From: an uncultured Eubacteriales bacterium
Lineage (GTDB): Bacteria; Bacillota; Clostridia; Christensenellales; UBA1242
DNA length: 64,000 nt
Direction: 5' to 3'
NCBI GenBank assembly: GCA_949841245.1
Contig: CATKYT010000002.1
Span: 7,227 to 71,226 of the forward strand
The notes below the pieces were generated by a model. That model saw only the letters and a list, made by a program, of their open reading frames with translations. It was not told where the DNA came from and did not search any database. Every line of letters starts with the position of its first letter. Position 1 is the stretch's first letter. Shown in pieces: positions 8,956-16,903 of this stretch. Made by a program: the position numbers and the translations under genes.

Positions 8956-10704
8956 ATGAGCCAGATTTCACAAAACATTTACAGAACTCACACTTGTGGA
9001 GAGTTAAGAAAAGAAAATGACGGTCAAACTGTCACACTCAGCGGTTGGATTAACACCGTTCGCGACCATGGTGGCATAACTTTCATTGACCTTCGTGACC
9101 ACTATGGAAGAACACAACTTGTTCTTAACGCACTTCCTGACTTCAAACTTTCTAAAGAAAGCGTTATTAAAGTGGAAGGAACAGTTCGTTTAAGAGCAGA
9201 CAATAATTTCAACGAAAAACTTCCAACAGGACAAATTGAAGTTGTTGTTGAAAAAATTGAAATGCTTGGAGAATGCAAGCAAAATCTTCCATTTGAAATT
9301 GAAACAAGCCGAAATGTCAATGAAGAAGTTCGCCTTAAATACAGATTTTTAGATTTAAGAAATCCAGAACTTCAAAATAACATTATTTTCCGTTCAAAAG
9401 TCATTCAAGATTTAAGAACCGAAATGATTGCACTCGGCTTCAACGAAATTCAAACACCAATCTTGACAGTTTCTTCACCAGAAGGTGCAAGAGATTACAT
9501 CGTGCCAAGCAGATTGCATCCAGGAAAATTTTATGCCCTTCCACAAGCACCACAACAATTTAAACAACTTTTAATGGTTGCTGGAATGGATAAATATTTT
9601 CAAATTGCACCATGTTTTCGTGATGAAGATGCCCGTGCTGACAGATGCCCAGGAGAATTCTATCAACTTGATATGGAAATGAGTTTTGCAACACAAGAAG
9701 ATGTGTTTACAGTTATGGAAACAGTTTTGCCAAAAATTTTTGAAAAATACGGCAAAAGCAAAGTTGACCATGTTCCATTTGTTCGCATTCCTTATCGCGA
9801 AGCAATGGATAAATATGGCACAGACAAACCAGACCTTAGAAATCCACTTGTAATTACAAACATTACAAATGTTTTCAGACAAACAACTTTCAAGGCTTTT
9901 GAAAACAAAACTGTTAAAGCCATCTGTGCCCCAGCCGCTTCCCTTCCAAGACGCGGTTTTGACGAACTTACAAACTTTGCTTTGGAAAACGGAGCAAAAG
10001 GTCTTGCTTGGGTTAAAGTTGGTGAAAACAACGAACTTACTGGCCCAATCATCAAGTTCATGACTGAAACAGAACAAAAAGAAATGATTGAAACATTGAA
10101 TGCAAAAAATGGAGATGCCATCTTCATTGTTGCTGATGAAGATAAAGTTTGTGCAAAAGTGCTTGGACTTTTAAGAACTATGCTTTGTGACAAACTTGGG
10201 CTTTTGGAAACAGGAGTTTACAAATTCTGCTGGATTGTTGATTTCCCTATGTATGAACTCAATGAAGAAACTGGCGAAATTGATTTCTGCCACAACCCAT
10301 TCAGCATGCCACAAGGTGGTTTGCAAGCACTTGAAACCAAACAGCCACTTGATATTTTGGCTTATCAATATGACATCATTGTAAATGGTGTTGAACTTTC
10401 ATCAGGTGCCGTTCGTAACCATGACATCAACATCATGCTTAAAGCATTTGAAATTGCGGGATATGACGAAAAAACAATTGAATCAAAATTTTCTGCTCTT
10501 TACAACGCTTTCAAATTTGGCGCTCCACCTCACGCAGGAATTGCACCTGGTGTTGACAGAATGATTATGCTTTTGTTGGAAGAAAGTTCAATTCGTGAAG
10601 TTGTAACCTTCCCTATGAACAAAAAAGCACAAGACCTTATGATGGGTGCACCAGGAGAAGTAACAGAAAAACAACTTAGGGAAGTTCACATTAAACTTAG
10701 ATAA
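8956..10704 (+). CDS. aspS: Aspartate--tRNA ligase, bacterial type
   Basis: 582 aa; class II aaRS motifs (FRDED, GGLQALE.., GIAPGVDRM). Sits upstream of gatCAB. Confidence 0.95.
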   Translation: MSQISQNIYRTHTCGELRKENDGQTVTLSGWINTVRDHGGITFIDLRDHYGRTQLVLNALPDFKLSKESVIKVEGTVRLRADNNFNEKLPTGQIEVVVEKIEMLGECKQNLPFEIETSRNVNEEVRLKYRFLDLRNPELQNNIIFRSKVIQDLRTEMIALGFNEIQTPILTVSSPEGARDYIVPSRLHPGKFYALPQAPQQFKQLLMVAGMDKYFQIAPCFRDEDARADRCPGEFYQLDMEMSFATQEDVFTVMETVLPKIFEKYGKSKVDHVPFVRIPYREAMDKYGTDKPDLRNPLVITNITNVFRQTTFKAFENKTVKAICAPAASLPRRGFDELTNFALENGAKGLAWVKVGENNELTGPIIKFMTETEQKEMIETLNAKNGDAIFIVADEDKVCAKVLGLLRTMLCDKLGLLETGVYKFCWIVDFPMYELNEETGEIDFCHNPFSMPQGGLQALETKQPLDILAYQYDIIVNGVELSSGAVRNHDINIMLKAFEIAGYDEKTIESKFSALYNAFKFGAPPHAGIAPGVDRMIMLLLEESSIREVVTFPMNKKAQDLMMGAPGEVTEKQLREVHIKLR

Positions 10705-10718
10705 AAATTGGAGTAAAT

Positions 10719-10991
10719 ATGAATAAGATTGAACACTTAGAATATCTCAGTAAACTGGAATTTTCTGGCGAAGAAAAAGAAAAATTTGAAAAAGAATTTG
10801 AAAATATTTTAAAGTTTGTCGATGAAATCGCCAGCCTTGAACTTCCAGATGGTCTTGACAAAGACACACCAATAACACTTGACGAACTTAGAGCAGATGA
10901 ACCACAACCAAGCATTCCACAAGAAGATGCTCTTGCCAATGCACCAAAACAAAAGGACGGATGTTACCTAACACCGCTGGTGGTTGAATAA
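10719..10991 (+). CDS. gatC: Asp/Glu-tRNA amidotransferase subunit C
   Basis: 90 aa; LSKLEFSGEEKEKF..; the stop overlaps the gatA start. Confidence 0.9.
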   Translation: MNKIEHLEYLSKLEFSGEEKEKFEKEFENILKFVDEIASLELPDGLDKDTPITLDELRADEPQPSIPQEDALANAPKQKDGCYLTPLVVE

Positions 10992-12412
10992 TGAATTTTT
11001 CAGAATTGACAGTTTTGCAGATTAAAGATTTAATTGCAACAAAAAAGGCAACATGTGAAGAAGTTGTTAAACATTTCATCAAAGTTTGTGAAGACAAAAA
11101 AGATTTGAACGCTGTTGTCGAAATTTTTTATGATGCCATTGACAGAGCAAAAGAAATTGACCAAAAAATTGCAAAAGGTGAAAAACTTGGTGCTCTTGCC
11201 GGTGTCCCTGTTGCCATTAAAGACAACATTTTATATAAAGGCAAAAAAATGGGATGTGCAAGCAAATTCTTGCAAGGTTTTGTTGCACCTTATACATCAA
11301 CAATTGTTGAAAAATTGTTGAAAGAAGATGCAATCATAATTGGCAGAACAAACATGGATGAATTTGCCATGGGTTCAAGTTGTGAGAACACCTGCTATGG
11401 TGCTTGCCATAATGCTTTAAATCCTGATTATGTTGCTGGCGGAAGCAGTGGCGGAAGTGCGTCTGCTGTTGCTGGTGGACTTGTTCCTTGTGCAATAGGA
11501 ACAGACACTGGTGGTTCAATCAGACAACCTGCATCTTTATGTGGCATTGTTGGCGTTAAACCAACATATGGCACGGTTTCAAGATTTGGAATTGTGGCTT
11601 TTGCAAGTTCTCTTGACCAAGCGTCACCTTTCACAAAAGACCTTGAAAGTTCACTTTATGTGCTTAAAATCATGGCAGGAAAAGATGCTCATGACGGCAC
11701 AACCATTGATAATCAATTTCAAAAAAATTTAAAATCAAAATATACTCTTGGCATTTGTAAACAATTGATGCAGGCTTATAAAAATGCATCCAATGACAAG
11801 CATTTTGATGAAACTATTGAAAAATTAAAGACCAAATTTGAAATCATTGAAGTAGATGTTCCACACATCACCAACTCTTTGGCTTCTTATTATATTCTTG
11901 CCCCAGCAGAAGCAACTTCCAATCTTGCCCGTTTTGACGGAGTTAAATATACACGCCGTGCAGAAAACACAAAAGACCTTGAAAGCGTCTATGTAAAAAG
12001 CAGAAGTGAAGGATTTGGAAAAGAAGTTAAACGCAGAATTATGCTTGGAAACTTTGTTTTGTCAAGCGGATATTTTGATGCATATTACAACAAAGCAAAA
12101 AAAGTTCAACGCCTTATAAGACAAGAATTGAAAGAAGCGTTTAAAAATTGTGATGCCATAATTATGCCTACAACTTTTGGAACTGCGTTTAAACTTGGAG
12201 AAAAGCTTAATGACCCACTTGCAATGTATTTGGAAGATTTGTTTACAGTTCCAGCAAACATTGCAGGAATACCTGCCCTTTCTGTGCCTTATGCAACAGC
12301 AGAAAATGGATTGCCACTTGGAATGCAATTCTTTGCTGATGAAAAAGAAGAAGAAAAAATGTATGACATTGCAAAGACCTTTGAACAGACAATTAAAGGG
12401 GGTGCGTTATGA
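10991..12412 (+). CDS. gatA: Asp/Glu-tRNA amidotransferase subunit A
   Basis: Amidase signature GGSSGGSASAVA..GTDTGGSIRQPA; 473 aa. Confidence 0.95.
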   Translation: MNFSELTVLQIKDLIATKKATCEEVVKHFIKVCEDKKDLNAVVEIFYDAIDRAKEIDQKIAKGEKLGALAGVPVAIKDNILYKGKKMGCASKFLQGFVAPYTSTIVEKLLKEDAIIIGRTNMDEFAMGSSCENTCYGACHNALNPDYVAGGSSGGSASAVAGGLVPCAIGTDTGGSIRQPASLCGIVGVKPTYGTVSRFGIVAFASSLDQASPFTKDLESSLYVLKIMAGKDAHDGTTIDNQFQKNLKSKYTLGICKQLMQAYKNASNDKHFDETIEKLKTKFEIIEVDVPHITNSLASYYILAPAEATSNLARFDGVKYTRRAENTKDLESVYVKSRSEGFGKEVKRRIMLGNFVLSSGYFDAYYNKAKKVQRLIRQELKEAFKNCDAIIMPTTFGTAFKLGEKLNDPLAMYLEDLFTVPANIAGIPALSVPYATAENGLPLGMQFFADEKEEEKMYDIAKTFEQTIKGGAL

Positions 12413-13830
12413 GTTTTTTAGAACAATATGATGTAGTAATTGGCTTAGAAATTCATGCCGAACTAAACACAAAAACAAAAGTTTTTTGTGGATGTAAAAA
12501 TCAATTTGGACAAACTCCAAACACCAACACCTGCCCTGTTTGCACAGGCATGCCAGGGGCTTTGCCTATCCTAAACAAACATGCAGTAGAACTCGCCATA
12601 AAATCAGGCTTGTCATTTGGTTGTGCAATTTCTCCTTATTCAGTATTTGAAAGAAAAAATTATTTCTATCCAGATTTAAGCAAGGCTTATCAAATAAGCC
12701 AACTTGTCTATCCCCTTTGCGTAGGCGGACAAATAACACTTGACAATGGAAAAACAATTCGCTTAAACCGAATTCACTTAGAAGAAGATGCTGGAAAACT
12801 TACTCATCTTGGAAAAGCAACAGGTTCACTTGTGGACTATAACCGTGGTGGAACTCCACTTATTGAAATGGTTACAGAACCAGATTTATCTTCCGCAAAT
12901 GAAGCAGTTGAATTTTTGAAAAAAGTTCGTGAAGCACTTATATTTGAAGAAATTGCGAATTGCAAAATGGAAGAAGGCGGAATGCGTTGTGATGTCAATC
13001 TTTCTTTAAAGAAAAAAGGCTCGAAAGAGTTTGGCACAAGAACAGAAATGAAAAATCTTAATTCTTTCAAAAGTGTGCAAAGAGCCATTGAATATGAAGC
13101 AGAACGCCAAGCAGAAGTGCTTGCTTCTGGCGGAGTCATCGTCCAAGAAACAAGAAAGTGGGACGATGAGCGCGGCGAAAGTTTTGCCATGAGAAGTAAA
13201 GAACAAGCACAAGACTATCGTTATTTCCCTGACCCAGATTTATTGCCAATTGAAATTTCAAAACAAAACATAGAACACATCAAAAACGAAATGGTTATGC
13301 TTCCAAGCGACAGAAGAAAAAGATATATGGAAGAATTTGGTTTGCCAGAATATGATGCTCAAATTTTGACATCTACAAGATATATTTCAGACTATTTCGA
13401 AAACTGCGTTCAACATTTCAATGCGCCAAAGAAAATAAGCAACTGGATTATGGTTGACCTTCTTAAACTTGTAAAAGATCAAGAAGAATTCACCTTCCCT
13501 GTAAGCGAACAACATCTTTCAACAATCATCAAAATGGTGGAAGAAAAAACAATAAACAAAACAGTTGGACTTCAACTTCTTGACAAAGTCATTGAAACCG
13601 GAAAAGAGCCTGTTTCCCTTGCAAAAGAAATGAATTTGCTTGTCACAATTTCAGATGAACAAATCGTTGACCTTCTTGAAAAATTGAAAAGTGAAAACGC
13701 AAAAGTTGTTGACGACTACAAAAAAACTCCTGAAAAAGTAATCGGTTTCATAGTTGGTTTTGTAATGAAAAACACTGGTGGAAAAGCAAACTCTAACCGT
13801 GTCCGTGAACTTATTGCCGAAAAGTTTTAA
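12409..13830 (+). CDS. gatB: Asp/Glu-tRNA amidotransferase subunit B
   Basis: GLEIHAELNTKTKVFCGC..; 473 aa; 4-nt overlap with gatA. Confidence 0.95.
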   Translation: MSFLEQYDVVIGLEIHAELNTKTKVFCGCKNQFGQTPNTNTCPVCTGMPGALPILNKHAVELAIKSGLSFGCAISPYSVFERKNYFYPDLSKAYQISQLVYPLCVGGQITLDNGKTIRLNRIHLEEDAGKLTHLGKATGSLVDYNRGGTPLIEMVTEPDLSSANEAVEFLKKVREALIFEEIANCKMEEGGMRCDVNLSLKKKGSKEFGTRTEMKNLNSFKSVQRAIEYEAERQAEVLASGGVIVQETRKWDDERGESFAMRSKEQAQDYRYFPDPDLLPIEISKQNIEHIKNEMVMLPSDRRKRYMEEFGLPEYDAQILTSTRYISDYFENCVQHFNAPKKISNWIMVDLLKLVKDQEEFTFPVSEQHLSTIIKMVEEKTINKTVGLQLLDKVIETGKEPVSLAKEMNLLVTISDEQIVDLLEKLKSENAKVVDDYKKTPEKVIGFIVGFVMKNTGGKANSNRVRELIAEKF

Positions 13831-13850
13831 GATGTAAAAAATAATAAAAA

Positions 13851-13874
13851 AGATGGTTTAAAACCATCTTTTTT
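13851..13874. terminator. Bidirectional intrinsic terminator after gatB
   Basis: Stem AGATGGTT/AACCATCT with loop TAA, flanked by A-run and T-run. Confidence 0.75.
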
Positions 13875-14481
13875 ATTCCTTAATTTTGCTTTCTGTGTCA
13901 ATTGTTCTAACTTCCGATTTTGTTGTTATTTCAGCATTTGCAACTGCACTTGTGTTATCAGCAAGATTTGATTCTTCACTTTGTATTCTTTTTTGAGTAC
14001 TTTCCCAAATTTCATCAAAACTTCTCATTTTAATTTTTTTGGCTTTTTGATTCAACATTTCTTCAATGTCAGAATAATCTTCTGAATTTTCTCGTCTTAT
14101 TTTATAAATGTCAAAAGCAAACTTACCAGTCAAAGCACCAGCACCTATACTTAAAATTGAACAAAAAATACTTACCTTTGAAAAATTTTCTGCTTTAACA
14201 TTATTTTCAGTATACATTTCATACAGATCTGGTGAAACATTTTTCATGAATGAACATATCATTCCAGTGTCGTTTTCTTGTTTTAAAATTGAAACTATTT
14301 TTTCGCCTACTTCATCATTAAGTTTTTTAGAATTCAAAAATTCTGTTATAATGTTTTTATTTTGTTTTTGAATATTTTTACCTTCTGCAAGAGTAAAGCC
14401 AGAACCTACATTAGCACCAGCAATAACAGCCATACAGCAAACCAAACAAGCAATTTTTGATTTCAAACCTTTTCTTTTCAT
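13873..14481 (-). CDS. Hypothetical secreted/membrane protein
   Basis: Start trimmed to ATG 14481 (GGAG 7 nt upstream). Signal-like N-terminus MKRKGLKSKIACLVCCMAVIAGANVG and one internal hydrophobic helix. Confidence 0.55.
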   Translation of the reverse strand: MKRKGLKSKIACLVCCMAVIAGANVGSGFTLAEGKNIQKQNKNIITEFLNSKKLNDEVGEKIVSILKQENDTGMICSFMKNVSPDLYEMYTENNVKAENFSKVSIFCSILSIGAGALTGKFAFDIYKIRRENSEDYSDIEEMLNQKAKKIKMRSFDEIWESTQKRIQSEESNLADNTSAVANAEITTKSEVRTIDTESKIKE

Positions 14482-14565
14482 AATCTTCTCCATTTCTTTC
14501 ATTTTAACACGAAAAAACAATGATGTCAATACCAAATTTTTAAAAATAACAGATGGATTCATCTG

Positions 14566-15105
14566 TTATTTAGATTCCTTTGCAAAAGTTTTTTTATATA
14601 AAATTTTGGCATTTTTAATACATTCAATGGCATCTTCTCTGCCACCAAGTTTTCCTATATTAACTTTTTTATTTTCAAGTTGTTTATAAACAGTTAAAAA
14701 ATGCATAAGTTCATCAAAAATATGTTTAGGCAAAGCATTTATGTCACGATAGCAATTATAAGATGGGTCAGCAAAAGGTATAGCAATAATCTTTTCATCA
14801 TGTTCGCCCCTGTCAAGCATGCTGACAACACCGATTGGATAACATCTTACAAGACTGTTCATCTTGATGGACTCACTGCAAAGAACAAAAACATCCAAAG
14901 GGTCCTTGTCATCACAATATGTCTTAGGAATAAAACCATAATTCATAGGATAGTGAGTTGCTGTGTAAAGCACCCTGTCCATAATGATAAGTCCTGTTTC
15001 TTTGTCAAGTTCATACTTAACTTTACATCCTTTTTCAATTTCAATAAACGCAATGAAATCGTCAGGTGCAATTCTTTTTTCATCAATTTCTTTCCAAATG
15101 TTCAT
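14566..15105 (-). CDS. ppa: Inorganic pyrophosphatase, family I
   Basis: 179 aa; EIEKGCKVKYELDKETG..DRVL..YPMNYGFIP..DPLDV. Confidence 0.9.
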   Translation of the reverse strand: MNIWKEIDEKRIAPDDFIAFIEIEKGCKVKYELDKETGLIIMDRVLYTATHYPMNYGFIPKTYCDDKDPLDVFVLCSESIKMNSLVRCYPIGVVSMLDRGEHDEKIIAIPFADPSYNCYRDINALPKHIFDELMHFLTVYKQLENKKVNIGKLGGREDAIECIKNAKILYKKTFAKESK

Positions 15106-15280
15106 ATGTTCAAATCTCCATAAAATAAAATAGAATGCTTTTCAAGCACCCCTTTATTATACCTTATTCATGTTAAATAAGTCAATTTAAAGAACTAACA
15201 AAAATACTTCTTTAACAAATAAATTTATAATGTAATGTTTTTTAAAGACAAGATAATATAAATATTTTTATGTAAAACAC

Positions 15281-15309
15281 TTGCCAAAAAAGTTTATATA
15301 TGATAAAAT
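15281..15309 (+). promoter_or_regulatory. Predicted promoter of the tRNA-Leu transcription unit
   Basis: TTGCCA (15281..15286), 17 nt, extended -10 TGaTAAAAT (15301..15309). Confidence 0.5.
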
Positions 15310-15328
15310 AATGCAGTAACAAATAAAA

Positions 15329-15344
15329 ATGCCGAAGTGGCGGA
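15329..15344 (+). repeat. Direct 16-nt copy of the tRNA-Leu 5' end (ATGCCGAAGTGGCGGA)
   Basis: Identical to 15488..15503, 159 bp downstream. No matching 3' acceptor strand follows, so this is a fragment and not a second tRNA. Confidence 0.85.
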
Positions 15345-15449
15345 TAACTCATCAAAATGATTTTAGAAACATAAAATTGATTATCACACTTTCGACAATA
15401 AGCATCGTTTAATCGTTGCGAAGAAACTTTGTTTCTTCTAGTGCAGACG

Positions 15450-15465
15450 GTGCGTCTGCCATTCC
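15450..15465 (-). repeat. Inverted 16-nt copy of the tRNA-Leu D-arm/anticodon-stem segment
   Basis: GTGCGTCTGCCATTCC is the exact reverse complement of tRNA positions 15501..15516 (GGAATGGCAGACGCAC). It overlaps a local hairpin GCAGACG-gtg-CGTCTGC (15443..15459). Confidence 0.85.
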
Positions 15466-15489
15466 ATATGGCAAAACCCAACTAAATAT

Positions 15490-15575
15490 GCCGAAGTGGC
15501 GGAATGGCAGACGCACGGGACTCAAAATCCCGCGAGGGCAACTTCATGTGGGTTCGACTCCCACCTTCGGCACCA
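15490..15575 (+). tRNA. tRNA-Leu (anticodon CAA), class II, CCA encoded
   Basis: Cloverleaf drawn by hand: acceptor GCCGAAG/CTTCGGC, D stem GCG/CGC, anticodon stem CGGGA/TCCCG with loop CTCAAAA, long variable arm, T stem GTGGG/CCCAC with loop TTCGACT, discriminator A + CCA. Confidence 0.9.
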
Positions 15576-15788
15576 AATCATTAAGGAGTCCTTATGTTGG
15601 ATAAGGAAAAAATAGAAATTCTTCTTGCTAACTATTCTTCTTCTAAAATTTCTGAAATGTCAAAAAAATATGATGCTTAATTCACAAATAAAAAAACCAT
15701 ATACAGATGAAGAATTTAAAAAGCATTCTGACAAGATTTTAGAACGAGAACTTCCTTAAAGAATTTATTACTATGACAAAAACAAAAA

Positions 15789-15811
15789 ACTAGGATTATT
15801 TCCTAGTTTTT
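15789..15811. terminator. Bidirectional terminator
   Basis: Stem ACTAGGA/TCCTAGT with loop TTATT, A-run before and T-run after. It overlaps the TAG stop of ORF 15803..16780. Confidence 0.6.
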
Positions 15812-16780
15812 ATTTATCACATTTAAATCTTTTTGTTTAGTTTTATTTTCAGGCTTAATTTTAATTTCAGCAGTTTTCAAAGGAAGTTTTGAAATTTGCT
15901 TTAATATATTTTTGGCATGCAAACTAAATGAATAAATATCTTTGTTTGCAATAGAACTATATGCGTAAGCATAAGGTAAATAATGTTCGCCACTGACTTC
16001 TGAATTTTTCAATGATCTGTTCAACATTTTTATCAACTTGATTTTTAAATCATAACTGTTATGAATTGTTGTTTCTTTATCATTTTTATTTAAAAAAGTT
16101 AAAGTTTGATTTGAATTTTTAGGATATTTAATTTTTAATGCGCCAGAGACATCGTGTCTTAAATTTAAAAATTCAAAGGCATCCAACGGATTTTTAGAAT
16201 TTTTATATTCATTTAAATATGCATTTTGTGCATCATATAAATGTTTTGCATATGGAGTGTTATTAAACAATTTTTCTGCATTATTTTGACTTGTTTTTAT
16301 ATTTTCGATTTGAACAGAATTAATTCCCCAACTTTCAAGTGTGCTGGTCATAATATACAAACTGTGACTGTTGATTTCCATATTTTTAATAAGTTTTTTC
16401 ACAGTCATAAATTCATTTTCAAATTCAACTATGTCATGAAGATGCAAACCAGCAATGATTTTCAAAATTTCAGGATTATTTTTATTTCCATGTTCTTCAA
16501 TCAATTCAACATATTTTCGAACTTTATAATCCAATGTTTCAGCATTAAAAAGATAGTAAGCAAGAGCATCATTACAACCACTTAAAGCCAAAGTTTTTAA
16601 AGCTTCTTCAACTTCACCAAATTTTAAATTTATTTGATGATAAGATGCGAGTTTAATAAAGTCTTCATATGCATCGTTTGATCTTTTTTCTTCCAATATT
16701 TTTCTTAAATGCGTTCCCACATTGGCATTTAGTATATCATTAATTTGTATTCGTTTATCTTTCTTACCATAAAATTTCAT
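15803..16780 (-). CDS. Hypothetical protein (325 aa), probably alpha-helical; no recognisable motif
   Basis: Clean ORF between the tRNA-Leu and rpoC terminators. Very K/N-rich. Confidence 0.55.
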   Translation of the reverse strand: MKFYGKKDKRIQINDILNANVGTHLRKILEEKRSNDAYEDFIKLASYHQINLKFGEVEEALKTLALSGCNDALAYYLFNAETLDYKVRKYVELIEEHGNKNNPEILKIIAGLHLHDIVEFENEFMTVKKLIKNMEINSHSLYIMTSTLESWGINSVQIENIKTSQNNAEKLFNNTPYAKHLYDAQNAYLNEYKNSKNPLDAFEFLNLRHDVSGALKIKYPKNSNQTLTFLNKNDKETTIHNSYDLKIKLIKMLNRSLKNSEVSGEHYLPYAYAYSSIANKDIYSFSLHAKNILKQISKLPLKTAEIKIKPENKTKQKDLNVINKN

Positions 16781-16865
16781 AGCACTTCTCCCTAATGCCT
16801 TATTATAACATTAATTTATTCATATTTCAATATCTAATGAGAAAATAATTTATCTTTTTTGCAAG

Positions 16866-16890
16866 AAAAAAGACCAAAATAAATTGGTCT
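16866..16890 (-). terminator. Intrinsic terminator downstream of rpoC
   Basis: Stem AGACCA/TGGTCT with 8-nt loop; a T-run follows on the minus strand. Confidence 0.6.
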
Positions 16891-16903
16891 TTTTCATTTT
16901 AAT

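Noticed and set aside
15329-15420. A second tRNA gene starting at 15331
   Set aside because: Only the first ~14 nt (acceptor 5' strand plus the start of the D arm) are present. No anticodon arm, T arm or complementary acceptor 3' strand follows.
15242-15604. ORF-track entries 15242..15481 (-) and 15416..15604 (+)
   Set aside because: They overlap the tRNA-Leu gene, its promoter and its leader hairpins, and they lack an SD. They are spurious.
15576-16903. tRNA-targeted genomic island or prophage remnant
   Set aside because: There is no integrase or recombinase, and no direct repeat of the tRNA 3' end between the tRNA and rpoC. The duplicated segment is the 5' end and lies upstream, which does not fit classical tRNA-3' integration.
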